64,000 nt of DNA from Paenalcaligenes sp. (GCA_035302345.1 DATGSS010000099.1:3332-67331); one strand, 5' to 3'. Counted from the stretch's first letter, positions 17,800 through 27,451 are shown. Numbers and translations: made by a program. The notes: generated by a model from the sequence alone, not told the origin.

Positions 17800-19602
17800 C
17801 TATGTGTCATTCAGCGTATCAGGTGTATCCGCCTGTTTTGTTTTGATCTGGGTTACCTGGGCATCCAATATGCCCTTTTTAAATTCGACTTTTATCGGCT
17901 GCCCCACTTGAACGGCAGTCGGATCGGTAATGATGTGATCCTGCGCGTCGCGTATCAAGGCAAAACCACGCTCGAGGGTTTTAGTGGGCCCCTGCCCGGC
18001 TATTTCACGAAATAACGCGACGGCATTATGGCGTGCGGTATTCAAATGACGGTGGCTTTCACGCTGTAGCAGTTGAAAGCAGTCGGCCAGCTCTTTTTGA
18101 CTCAGACGGATTTGTTTTGGCGCCTCGCGTTGGATTTGTTGTAAATGCTCATTGACCTGTTCACGGCTACGACGCACTATAAACCCGCTGCTGAGGGTGG
18201 TGTTTTCAAGTAGATTTAGACTGTTTCGGCGCGCTGCATGCAGCAAGGCTTGGCTCCTGCCTTGGACCTGTGTCAATAAGGTCGGGATCTGCCCACGCAC
18301 AATTTTAAGTTGTTCGTGTGCCTGCTGGCGGATAGTATCAATGTGTGTTTGCACCCCATCACGTGCCTGCACTAGGGTCTGATTAGCCTGCATCCGTATA
18401 GTAGAGAAATTCTGTTCTACCGCGCGGCTATAGGCGTATAAATACTGTTGCACCCCGCGTTGTACCTGAGCATAGTTGTTTTGCAAGGTCACGGCGCGAT
18501 TGCGAATCAATTGCCAAATACCGCCAATGACCTTGCTAGGGGTGTCAAATGACTGCTGCGCAACATCATCTAAGACCGTATGATCACGCTCGTGGCCTAT
18601 GCCGGTGTGCACAGGGATGGACAGCTCGCAAATCGTTCGCGCCAAATCATAATCATTGAGCCAGGCCAAATCATTAACAGCACCGCCCCCACGAATGATC
18701 ACCACCGCATCAAATGAGTAGCCCTGATGACTATCCACGGCGTTTAATAAAGTTTGGCGGATCTCTTGGGCTGCCCCCTCACCCTGAAAGCGCGAATGCA
18801 CATAGACAAACTCACATAGCCCAAAGGTCTGCAGTCGCTGAGCATCTGCCTGAAAATCCCCTAACCCCGCAGCCTGCTGCGGAGACACCACCAACACCCG
18901 ATAATAATCCCAGGGACGCGGTAATTCTTGGTTGAGGGTGAGCAGCCCCTGTTGTTTGAGGCGTTTAATAATTTCGCGTTTCTTAGCCTCGAGATCCCCC
19001 AGCGAGAACCTAAAATCAATATCATTAATAAATAGGCTAAAACCGTACTGCGCATGAAAAGATGGTCGCGCCCGCACTAATAACTTAATCCCAGGGGCCA
19101 ACTGCATGCCGGTTTCGCGCTCGAAACGGGGTAACAAGGTACGCGCCACATTGGCCCAAATCACAGCACGAGCCTGGGCAATCACATTGGCCTGTGCGTC
19201 GCGCTCGGAAAGCTCGAGGAAAACATGATCACCACGCAGCTGCGCATTGACGACCTCGACCTCAGTCCAAACCCCCTCACGAAACAACTGATTAATAGCG
19301 CTGGACACCCCATCTAGCAACTGCGACAAGCGTAATCCCGAACGCTCGGCACTGACCTCGTAATCGCGTCCGGCCTCATTTAACAATGAGGATGCGTGTG
19401 TATCTGTAGTCGCTGATGACGGGCTCTGTTTAGTGGCAGGCAGCCAGCGCTGAAAAGGCGCAACCTCGAGCCCAGCTGGGACATACCAAAGTCGACGCTC
19501 GGGGTTCCAACGAGCACCTAGGGCTTTGGCCTCATCCTTTTCCCTAAAAGGCACATTTAGAAAGGTCACCTCAGAGAGAGCATATTCGTCGTTTCTATTC
19601 AT
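17800..19602 (-). CDS. xseA: Exodeoxyribonuclease VII large subunit with N-terminal DUF5710-like domain
   Basis: OB fold (VWTEVEV..GDHVFLEL), IRGGG, GIGHERD, TPS and TLERGFA motifs; N-terminal LNVPFREKDEAKALGARWNPERRLWYVP. Confidence 0.9.
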   Translation of the reverse strand: MNRNDEYALSEVTFLNVPFREKDEAKALGARWNPERRLWYVPAGLEVAPFQRWLPATKQSPSSATTDTHASSLLNEAGRDYEVSAERSGLRLSQLLDGVSSAINQLFREGVWTEVEVVNAQLRGDHVFLELSERDAQANVIAQARAVIWANVARTLLPRFERETGMQLAPGIKLLVRARPSFHAQYGFSLFINDIDFRFSLGDLEAKKREIIKRLKQQGLLTLNQELPRPWDYYRVLVVSPQQAAGLGDFQADAQRLQTFGLCEFVYVHSRFQGEGAAQEIRQTLLNAVDSHQGYSFDAVVIIRGGGAVNDLAWLNDYDLARTICELSIPVHTGIGHERDHTVLDDVAQQSFDTPSKVIGGIWQLIRNRAVTLQNNYAQVQRGVQQYLYAYSRAVEQNFSTIRMQANQTLVQARDGVQTHIDTIRQQAHEQLKIVRGQIPTLLTQVQGRSQALLHAARRNSLNLLENTTLSSGFIVRRSREQVNEHLQQIQREAPKQIRLSQKELADCFQLLQRESHRHLNTARHNAVALFREIAGQGPTKTLERGFALIRDAQDHIITDPTAVQVGQPIKVEFKKGILDAQVTQIKTKQADTPDTLNDT

Positions 19603-19609
19603 CGTCTTT

Positions 19610-19643
19610 GCGGTACGTAATTTAATGCAGTACGTAATTTAAA
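19610..19643. repeat. Tandem 17-bp direct repeat immediately upstream of xseA
   Basis: GCGGTACGTAATTTAAT / GCAGTACGTAATTTAAA. Confidence 0.8.
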
Positions 19644-19791
19644 TTTGTATGGGTGATTTAGGCCAAGCATGCTTAGGTGGCGTAAAAAATCAACCCCTAG
19701 TTTACCTAAAAGCCTCTTTGCTGTAGATGCGCGATGAATTTATTATCATAGAAGGGGTTTATAAATTTCCCTTATTAAATAAAGGTTTTTA

Positions 19792-20484
19792 ATGCACGTA
19801 CGCGCACCCCTATTTGTAATACCCTTGGCCAGTGTCTTAGTGGCCAGCAGCCTATACGCCACGTCCGCCCACGCTGAATATACTTTTGAACTGGGCGCTG
19901 TTTCACTTTATAAAGACCGCGGCGAGGACCAGGATGAAAAGGACACCAACTTTCGCCCTGCCCTACAAGGCGCCTGGCAATATCAGCACAGCAGTGGCGT
20001 ATTTATGGGCAATTGGTTTTCTACGGGCAAATTTGGCAGTGCCTCATTGCAGTTAGATACCCTGGCAGGTTACGGAATAGATATCGGTGACAACGCCCGT
20101 CTAGAAGCCGGATACAACCATAGCATTTATCCCCACGAGGGCAGCCTGAACTCCAATGAAATCTTTGCCAGCTTTGGGTACAAGAACCTCACCCTAGAGG
20201 TCTTTAGAGGATTACGTTCGGGGGTTAATAACAAGGATATGTATTACAACTTTGATTACGTGCATCCCATCGACGCCCGCTGGAGCTTAGGTGCGGGCAT
20301 GGGGTACGAGCATTTTGGAGACAGCGATGAAAAAAGCAAAATCGATTATCGTGCGGGTGTGTTTTATCAACTGAATAACGTCAGCACAGTATCGTTATTT
20401 TTGGCTGGCGCTAACCGCAAACATGCGGTAGAAAACGGTATCCGTGACAACCGCGTCATACTGGGCTTCAACCTGGATTTTTAA
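19792..20484 (+). CDS. TorF-family putative outer-membrane porin
   Basis: Signal peptide; S.Y..RG..Q...PALQG motif; alternating beta-strand pattern; C-terminal Phe. Confidence 0.75.
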   Translation: MHVRAPLFVIPLASVLVASSLYATSAHAEYTFELGAVSLYKDRGEDQDEKDTNFRPALQGAWQYQHSSGVFMGNWFSTGKFGSASLQLDTLAGYGIDIGDNARLEAGYNHSIYPHEGSLNSNEIFASFGYKNLTLEVFRGLRSGVNNKDMYYNFDYVHPIDARWSLGAGMGYEHFGDSDEKSKIDYRAGVFYQLNNVSTVSLFLAGANRKHAVENGIRDNRVILGFNLDF

Positions 20485-20498
20485 TCCATAAAGCATAA

Positions 20499-20554
20499 AC
20501 CGATGACCAATGGCCAATAACCGGTAACCAATTGCCAATGACCGATTACTGATA
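20499..20554. repeat. Eight degenerate tandem 7-mers (consensus RCCRATN)
   Basis: accgatg accaatg gccaata accggta accaatt gccaatg accgatt actgata. Confidence 0.8.
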
Positions 20555-20588
20555 AATTCCCCAATCATTATTTAAAAAGTCACGACCG

Positions 20589-21902
20589 CTAACCTTGGGC
20601 GGGTAGCACATGCAACCACGCCACCAATGCTAACAGGGTCGCCAATAGCACTGGCGGCGTAATCAAAAGGCCGATTTTCATGTACTGCCCCCACCCCACT
20701 CGATAGCCCTTATTAGCTAGCACGTGCAACCACAACAAAGTCGCCAGGCTACCTATGGGCGTAAACTTGGGGCCTAAATCATTACCAATCACATTGGCGT
20801 AGACCATTAACTCGTGCGTGAGTGGTGCGACCTGGGCCTGCTCAATAGCTAAGGCACCCACCAGTGTCGAGGGCAGATTATTCATCACAGAGGCGACGAT
20901 AGCCGCTAAAAACCCCGTACCAACCGTTGCCACCCAAGCGCTTTGCTGCCCTAGCCAATTGAGCCAGACCACTGCGTAATCCGTTAAGCCGGCATTACCC
21001 AGCCCATAGACCACCAGGTACATACCTACAGAAAAAAGCACGATCTGCCACGGTGCGCCGCGTAAAGCCGAACTGACAGAAACCACAGCGCCCCGCCCGC
21101 CAGCCCACCAACGCCCTGCAATCACCATCAAAATAAACGCTGCGGTCCCCGTCACAAATGCGATAGGGATAGCCAAAGGGGCTGTAACAAAATAGGCCAC
21201 TAACAGCACAGCCAATAAAGGAAAAGCCGCCCGAAACACCATGGGATCACGAATGGCAGCCCGCGGGGCCTCGAGCGCAGCGACCGAGTACGTAGCGGGA
21301 ATTTCGCGCCGAAAAGCAAACCACAGCACCAACAGCGTGGCCAGTACGGACACCAAGTTGACTGGCACCATCACCGCGGCATAACGCCCAAAACCCACAT
21401 CAAAATAATTAGCGCTGACTATATTGACTAAATTAGAAATAACCAACGGCAAACTAGCAGTATCAGCAATGAATCCAGTCGCAATGATAAAGGCCAGTGC
21501 CGCCGGGGGTGCGAACCGCAACCGCAACAAAATCGCCATCATAATTGGAGTCAGCAACAATGCCGCCCCATCATTGGCAAAAAAAGCTGAAATCAGCGCA
21601 CCTAGAATGATGATCAGGGGAAAAAGAACAGGCCCCCGACCCCGCCCTAAACGAGCCACATGCAACGCAGCCCAACCAAAAAAACCAGCCTCATCCAGGA
21701 TTAAGGAAATAACAATGAGGGCAACAAAGGTAAAAGTGGCATCCCAGACAATATCCCAAACAATAGGCACATCAGACCAATGAACTACCCCAGTCATTAG
21801 AGCTACTGTTGCGCCCCCCAAAGCGCTCCAACCAATGCCCAAACCGCGGGGCTGCGCGATCACCAAAACCAAGGTGATTACAAAAATCAGGAATGCCAGC
21901 AT
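20589..21902 (-). CDS. arsB: Arsenite efflux pump ArsB
   Basis: QPRGLGIGWSA, FFANDGAALLLTP, PLVISNLVNIVSA and DLGPKFTPIGSLATLLWLHVL motifs. Confidence 0.92.
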   Translation of the reverse strand: MLAFLIFVITLVLVIAQPRGLGIGWSALGGATVALMTGVVHWSDVPIVWDIVWDATFTFVALIVISLILDEAGFFGWAALHVARLGRGRGPVLFPLIIILGALISAFFANDGAALLLTPIMMAILLRLRFAPPAALAFIIATGFIADTASLPLVISNLVNIVSANYFDVGFGRYAAVMVPVNLVSVLATLLVLWFAFRREIPATYSVAALEAPRAAIRDPMVFRAAFPLLAVLLVAYFVTAPLAIPIAFVTGTAAFILMVIAGRWWAGGRGAVVSVSSALRGAPWQIVLFSVGMYLVVYGLGNAGLTDYAVVWLNWLGQQSAWVATVGTGFLAAIVASVMNNLPSTLVGALAIEQAQVAPLTHELMVYANVIGNDLGPKFTPIGSLATLLWLHVLANKGYRVGWGQYMKIGLLITPPVLLATLLALVAWLHVLPAQG

Positions 21903-21921
21903 AGATTTAGTATTTGATTAA

Positions 21922-22503
21922 TTAGTCGCGTGAATCACGTAGCGCTTTGAGACCTTGGGCCCATACCTGGAGCTCGCCCAACATCGTTTGAGCTGAGCGC
22001 TCAATGGCCTCGTTTGCTGTAAATACACCCGTATCACGATCCACCATGGGACCCACGCCCGGAATAGCGACCCCCTCGGGGATGGGCATCATTTTGAGGG
22101 TAGTGACCTGTAATCGAGCGGCCTGAGCGGCACGCAACCCACCTGAAACCCCACCATAACTAACAAAACCGCAAGGCTTGTAATTCCATTCGTGATAAAC
22201 ATAATTCAGGGCGTTAACCAACGCGGGTGTGGGGCTGTAATTGTATTCGGGCGCCACAAATACATACGCATCGGCACTATCGACACTGGCACCCCAGTTT
22301 TTGGTGTGTTCGTGTTCGTATTGCTGCATGATGGGGTGTTTGGGCTCGTTATACATTGGCAAGTCCAACTCGGCCAAATCCACCACCTGAACGTCAAAAT
22401 CACTGTGCGCCCGGGCGTAATCCGCAAACCAATGACCAACCGAGCCACCCATACGACCTGGACGAGTACTGCAAATAATCACCTGTAGTTTTAAAGCCAT
22501 CAC
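21922..22503 (-). CDS. NADPH-dependent FMN reductase (ChrR/azoreductase-like)
   Basis: STRPGR, PEYN, EWNYKP and SYGGVSGGLRA motifs. Confidence 0.9.
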   Translation of the reverse strand: MMALKLQVIICSTRPGRMGGSVGHWFADYARAHSDFDVQVVDLAELDLPMYNEPKHPIMQQYEHEHTKNWGASVDSADAYVFVAPEYNYSPTPALVNALNYVYHEWNYKPCGFVSYGGVSGGLRAAQAARLQVTTLKMMPIPEGVAIPGVGPMVDRDTGVFTANEAIERSAQTMLGELQVWAQGLKALRDSRD

Positions 22504-22542
22504 ACCGACTCCTTAGAGTTAATAAATACCCGTCTATCTTAC

Positions 22543-25200
22543 CTAATAGACAACCCGGTTGCGACCGGTAGCCTTGGCAACATAAAGGGCTTCATCGGCT
22601 TTTTTCAATAACCGCTCGACATTACTATCAGGCTGCGGCACCGTGTGGGCCAAACCCACACTGACTGTCACCTGACCAAAAGGTGAGTCCTCGTGTTGCA
22701 GCTCTAGTGCCTGCACCGCTGCTACTATTTGTTCTGCCAACTGGATGACCTGTTGCTTTGAAAGATCTACATATAATATGGCGAATTCTTCGCCCCCGTA
22801 TCGGCCAGCGATATCCATAGCACGCCGAGAGTACTTTTTCAAAACCTGAGCAATGTGTTCTAAACAACGATCGCCTGCCGGGTGACCATAACGATCATTA
22901 TATTTTTTGAAATCATCCACATCGACCATTAAAACAGCCATACCCAGCTCTTTGGATAGCGCCAAAGACCACAACGTGCGGGCGCGCTCGTCCAAATAAC
23001 GTCGATTGGCTAAACCAGTTAACCCATCAGTAGTGGAAAGCTGATGTAGTTTTTGATTGGCCAAACGCAACTCTTCGGTGCGACGGCGCACTAATTGTTC
23101 GAGCTCGGCTGTATGGATATGCAATTGCTCGGCCATCTCTTCTAATGAATTGCGCAATGAGCGCACCTCGGTAATGGGTCCGATTCCAGGCATCGGCTCG
23201 TTCCAATGGCCACGACGCAGTTTGCGCGCCCAAGATTCCAGCGCTTGCAAGGGTTGACTAATCCAAGTTGTACTAGCAAAAGCTAATATCATGCCCAACA
23301 CCAATAGCAACCATGTCACATACAGAGCATTGCGCCATATTTTGTGTGTCGCAGCCGATAAAGCATCTGAAGGAATAATCACCCCCAAAGTCAGGTCAGG
23401 ACCATCAGGTACATCGATATATTCCCAGCTAAATAATTGCATCTGCCCATTGAAACGCAACAACTGACTGCCGTGTAGACTATTGCTTTTGTCGATAATC
23501 TCACCTGCCTGCCGAATTAAAGGGTTTGTATTATCCTTAAGCGTCAATCGAATGATGTCTACAGCTTGGTTTAAATACAAAGGGTCCTGAGTCGATGTAG
23601 CCAGCATTTGTCCATTTTTTTCTGACAAAAAGATAATGCCATCAAAGTCTTGACTGAGCTTTTCTAACGAATTACTAATCTCACTCAAAGCAATATCAGC
23701 AGCAATAACCCCTTGGAATTCATTCTGTGGTGAAAAAATAGGCGCCGACATACCTATCCCCAATCCGGTGAATTGCTGGCGAGAATCATGAGTTGTGTAC
23801 TGATATACGGGATACCAACGGGTCGACTGATTTTCAAGAGCGTGTTGATACCAAACCGTCTCACGGGGGTCAAAATCCGTATTGCCGCGTATAAAATCAC
23901 CACTGGGTTGGTTGCTGTCATCCACCCAATGCAAGTGTATTTGCTGGCCAGTGCTAGAGTTAGCCCACTGCATGCGCAAGTTGCGGTCTTCTCCGGTAGG
24001 TGCCCGACCCGCGGCGTAATACTCACCCTCGGGCGTAGCTAAGGATAGATAGGTCAGATCTGGCTGGATGCGTAGCTGGGATGTAAAAAAACTTAGGGCC
24101 TCGCCCACATTATCCAAGCTGAGTATGCCCTGTCGGAATAAATCTGCGTGGAAAGTCACCTGTCGCGATATTTCAAATAAAGACTCGATATGGGCATTGA
24201 CCTGACGCATGAGCAACTGAGATTGATTTTTCATTTGCTGCTGGGACAACAAAAAGATACTACGAATACTCAGTAACTCAAGCACAACAAATAACAAAGC
24301 CATGGGCACTACGGTGACCAATAGCAACGCCATCCGTAAACTAAGTCGGCGCTGAAATATATTTAGATCTCTAAGTAGGCCTCTACGCCATAGAAATACC
24401 AACAATATAAAAAACGTCAGACTGGCCCCGATTAGCCGGATGTAATCTGCTCTTTGCAAGAGCCCACCTGCATCTATTTTTATTGGTTTGCCACGTAACT
24501 CCCATACCCCTCCTTCGGGAACATTGACTTGTACCCCGGATGGCAGCTCATCAAATTGAGAGGCATTGCCACGTAGTAACTGTGTTTCCCAATCAGGATG
24601 CTGAGCTGCGATTAGTAGCTCGAAACCCAATGAAGGGTCATAACCGATATCTTTTAGTATTTGCTCTAGATCGACAGCAACAGAAACAAAGCCAAAGTGC
24701 TCGCCATCGGGGGTGAATAAGGGGGTACGAATTACAAAGCCTTGGTGCCCGCTTTGAAGTAGATTAACTCGACTGCTGATCACGGTGCCGCGACGCTGGA
24801 CCGCGCGCTCAACGCCGGGCAAGATATTTGGACGAAATAAATAATTGGTTCCTATGACGGACTCGTTGCCCTCATAAGGATAGGTCGCCACTACGACATA
24901 ATCTCGGGCAAAAGTAACATTGAGGAAAAACGGAGGTAAGAGATCGTCACTAATGATTCCATACCCCTCTGGGTCGTCCACGGCCTCGGGCTGCTCGACT
25001 AATCTTTCGGCGAGCAATGCATTTTTTTCCATAACCTCGGCGATGGCGTATTGGAGCTTGGATTGTAATTTTTGTAGTTGCTGTTCTATTTCTTGTTGAC
25101 GGCTCGCCTGTATGCGTTGCTCATCGTAATACTCTAGAAATAAAGTCGCGACCACGGAAACAAGCAGGATACCGAGCGCCTGCAACAAATTTTTTTTCAT
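22543..25200 (-). CDS. Membrane diguanylate cyclase: CHASE-like + dCache-like sensors, HAMP, GGDEF
   Basis: DGLTGLANRR, DVDDFKKYND, and RAMD I-site five residues before GGEEF; four TMs; FDPRETVWY Cache motif. Confidence 0.9.
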   Translation of the reverse strand: MKKNLLQALGILLVSVVATLFLEYYDEQRIQASRQQEIEQQLQKLQSKLQYAIAEVMEKNALLAERLVEQPEAVDDPEGYGIISDDLLPPFFLNVTFARDYVVVATYPYEGNESVIGTNYLFRPNILPGVERAVQRRGTVISSRVNLLQSGHQGFVIRTPLFTPDGEHFGFVSVAVDLEQILKDIGYDPSLGFELLIAAQHPDWETQLLRGNASQFDELPSGVQVNVPEGGVWELRGKPIKIDAGGLLQRADYIRLIGASLTFFILLVFLWRRGLLRDLNIFQRRLSLRMALLLVTVVPMALLFVVLELLSIRSIFLLSQQQMKNQSQLLMRQVNAHIESLFEISRQVTFHADLFRQGILSLDNVGEALSFFTSQLRIQPDLTYLSLATPEGEYYAAGRAPTGEDRNLRMQWANSSTGQQIHLHWVDDSNQPSGDFIRGNTDFDPRETVWYQHALENQSTRWYPVYQYTTHDSRQQFTGLGIGMSAPIFSPQNEFQGVIAADIALSEISNSLEKLSQDFDGIIFLSEKNGQMLATSTQDPLYLNQAVDIIRLTLKDNTNPLIRQAGEIIDKSNSLHGSQLLRFNGQMQLFSWEYIDVPDGPDLTLGVIIPSDALSAATHKIWRNALYVTWLLLVLGMILAFASTTWISQPLQALESWARKLRRGHWNEPMPGIGPITEVRSLRNSLEEMAEQLHIHTAELEQLVRRRTEELRLANQKLHQLSTTDGLTGLANRRYLDERARTLWSLALSKELGMAVLMVDVDDFKKYNDRYGHPAGDRCLEHIAQVLKKYSRRAMDIAGRYGGEEFAILYVDLSKQQVIQLAEQIVAAVQALELQHEDSPFGQVTVSVGLAHTVPQPDSNVERLLKKADEALYVAKATGRNRVVY

Positions 25201-25317
25201 GTACAGGTCAAACTTTACCGTGATGCTTTCATTGTTATACCAGCACTATTACGGCTGCACGCCTAGGAAAATCACCCATTTTTCTAACACACAGCCGTAG
25301 CCCCTATATGCTAAGCC

Positions 25318-26331
25318 CTACCACTCGAGAACAATTTTACTAAAGTGTTGGGCGCTGGTTTGATATTCAAAGGCCTGAGCCAAAGAATCCAAATCAAAGC
25401 TTTTATCAATAATGGGGAAAAGATTATTTTGCTCTAGAGCACGGATGTAATCTTGTTGGTGTTGACGATTACCGACAATTAAACCTTGTAGACGTGCCTG
25501 ACGCGCCATGAACTGTAGCGTTGGCAAATGACCATCTGCCCCAGTCAATACACCGATGAGGGCGATATGCCCACCAGCAGCGACGGCACGCATAGATTGT
25601 TGCAGGGTTTCAGGGCCGCCGACCTCGACAATGATATCTGCTCCGTGCCCAGCGGTTAATTCTAGGACCTTTTTCCCCCACTGCGGGGTTTCTTTATAAT
25701 TAATAACAAAGTCCGCCCCTAGCTCTTGTGCACGCGCTAGCTTTTCATCACTAGACGAGGTAATCACCACCTGCGCACCCATTGCTTTGGCAATCTGCAG
25801 GGCTGCAATGGAAACCCCCCCTGTACCGAGCAATAAAACTGTTTGCCCAGCCTGTAGTCCACCATCGACGACCAGCGCACGCCATGCGGTCAACCCCGAG
25901 GTTGTGATGGTCGCTGCCTGGGCATGTGTCCACCCGCTGGGCGCCTGTGTAAAGGCAACCGCGTCGCGTACCACATGTGTGCAGGCAAAGCCATCGACAC
26001 CATCCCCCGGCGTAGTACTAAAATTAGTCACTGCGGGGGTCGCTGGGCCAGCTAACCATCCAGGGAAAAAACATGATACGACCGAATCACCTACGGCAAA
26101 CTCGGTCACACCCTCGCCGACCTGTTCGACCACACCTGCCCCGTCAGAGAGCAGAATACGGCCATCCTGAGTAGGAATGCTGCCATTGGCCACCATCAAA
26201 TCATGGAAATTCAAAGAGCTGGCATGTAAAGCCACGCGAATTTGCCCGGGCCCAGGCTGCCCCGGATCTGTGAGTGCCACCTGTTCGATGCTATCTAAAC
26301 TGGCTGGATTACGCACAACCATTGCTTTCAT
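25318..26331 (-). CDS. MDR-family NAD(P)-dependent oxidoreductase
   Basis: SLNFHD, SDGAGVV, GTGGVS, TSSSDEKL and VEVGG motifs. Confidence 0.9.
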   Translation of the reverse strand: MKAMVVRNPASLDSIEQVALTDPGQPGPGQIRVALHASSLNFHDLMVANGSIPTQDGRILLSDGAGVVEQVGEGVTEFAVGDSVVSCFFPGWLAGPATPAVTNFSTTPGDGVDGFACTHVVRDAVAFTQAPSGWTHAQAATITTSGLTAWRALVVDGGLQAGQTVLLLGTGGVSIAALQIAKAMGAQVVITSSSDEKLARAQELGADFVINYKETPQWGKKVLELTAGHGADIIVEVGGPETLQQSMRAVAAGGHIALIGVLTGADGHLPTLQFMARQARLQGLIVGNRQHQQDYIRALEQNNLFPIIDKSFDLDSLAQAFEYQTSAQHFSKIVLEW

Positions 26332-26471
26332 GTAGACCTCCTAATTATCACAGGTATAAAAAACGACCAGTCAACAAACAATACGGTTATCGCTCTACTA
26401 AGGTGTACGGTAAATCAATACAATCATGAGATGGATTTTTCTGGCGAAAATACAACGAGACAGCAAAAATA

Positions 26472-27356
26472 ATGATACTGACCTTAGTAAATATTGTTGC
26501 GCCCGTCCTCATCATCGTGCTGCTTGGGTTCTTTTTTGCCCGTCGCAACAAAAGCGCGCCTAACATGGATTTTATCAATTATGTCAATATCCATGTTTTC
26601 TGCCCTGCATTGATCTTTTCTGCCCTATTTACTCATCCTATCAATCCAAGCAGTGCTTGGGCTTTAATTCTGGCAGGAATATTAGTGATAGTGTTACCTG
26701 GGGTGTTGCTCATGGCCTTTCGCCCCAGCGAGATCACCCGCCGCGCCTATTTAGTATCAGGCATGTTTAGAAACACAGGTAATGTCGGGATTCCGTTGAT
26801 GCTATTAGCCTACGGCCGCGAACAGCTGGGTGATATCGTATTGCTGTTTGTCCTGTCTAATTCATTGCATTTTTCTCTGGGTTTATTGGTGCTTTCGGGC
26901 AAGGGCAATCGTTGGTTATGGTTACGCAACCCCAACGTCTGGATGGCTGTGCTTGGCATAACTCTGGCCCCACACCAACAGTACGTACCCGCTTTTGTCA
27001 GCACCAGTGTTGAAATGCTGGGTCAAATCACCATCCCATTGATGCTGTTTAGTTTAGGGGTGCGTTTGGCGCATGATCGCGTCAGCCAGATTGGCTTTGC
27101 ACTGAGGATGAATTTATTGTACCTGGCCGTAGGCGCCATCAGCGCACCTATTATTTTATGGCTCTTGCCACTGAGCTCCGAATGGCAGCGTATGATTATC
27201 CTGTCGGCCATGCTCCCGCCTGCCGTGCTCAACTTTTTGCTCAGTGAACATTACAATGCCTCGCCACAGGCAGTGGCCAGCATTGTTCTGGTCGGCAACG
27301 TCCTCTCAGTGGCAGTGATACCACTCGTTATCTGGTTCACGCTGACTTATATTTAA
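26472..27356 (+). CDS. AEC (auxin efflux carrier) family transporter
   Basis: About 10 TMs; PALIF, NTGNVGIP, IPLMLFSLG and PPAV motifs. Confidence 0.9.
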   Translation: MILTLVNIVAPVLIIVLLGFFFARRNKSAPNMDFINYVNIHVFCPALIFSALFTHPINPSSAWALILAGILVIVLPGVLLMAFRPSEITRRAYLVSGMFRNTGNVGIPLMLLAYGREQLGDIVLLFVLSNSLHFSLGLLVLSGKGNRWLWLRNPNVWMAVLGITLAPHQQYVPAFVSTSVEMLGQITIPLMLFSLGVRLAHDRVSQIGFALRMNLLYLAVGAISAPIILWLLPLSSEWQRMIILSAMLPPAVLNFLLSEHYNASPQAVASIVLVGNVLSVAVIPLVIWFTLTYI

Positions 27357-27376
27357 ACGCCCGTACACCTCACAAT

Positions 27377-27419
27377 AAAAAAACGCCTGAGCAGGTTAAT
27401 AATCAAGCTCAGACGTTTT
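27377..27419. terminator. Bidirectional terminator
   Basis: AAAACGCCTGAGC...GCTCAGACGTTTT between convergent genes. Confidence 0.75.
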
Positions 27420-27451
27420 CATTTAAATAGACTAACTACTAGGCCATTTGA

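Noticed and set aside
19603-19791. Possible LexA/SOS box upstream of xseA (also checked yoaA)
   Set aside because: No CTGT-N8-ACAG match found by eye.
20499-20554. Repeat array as possible CRISPR
   Set aside because: 7-bp units, no spacers, no cas genes.
21922-22503. Calling the FMN reductase ArsH
   Set aside because: Too short, lacks the ArsH N-terminal region, and fits a generic FMN reductase.
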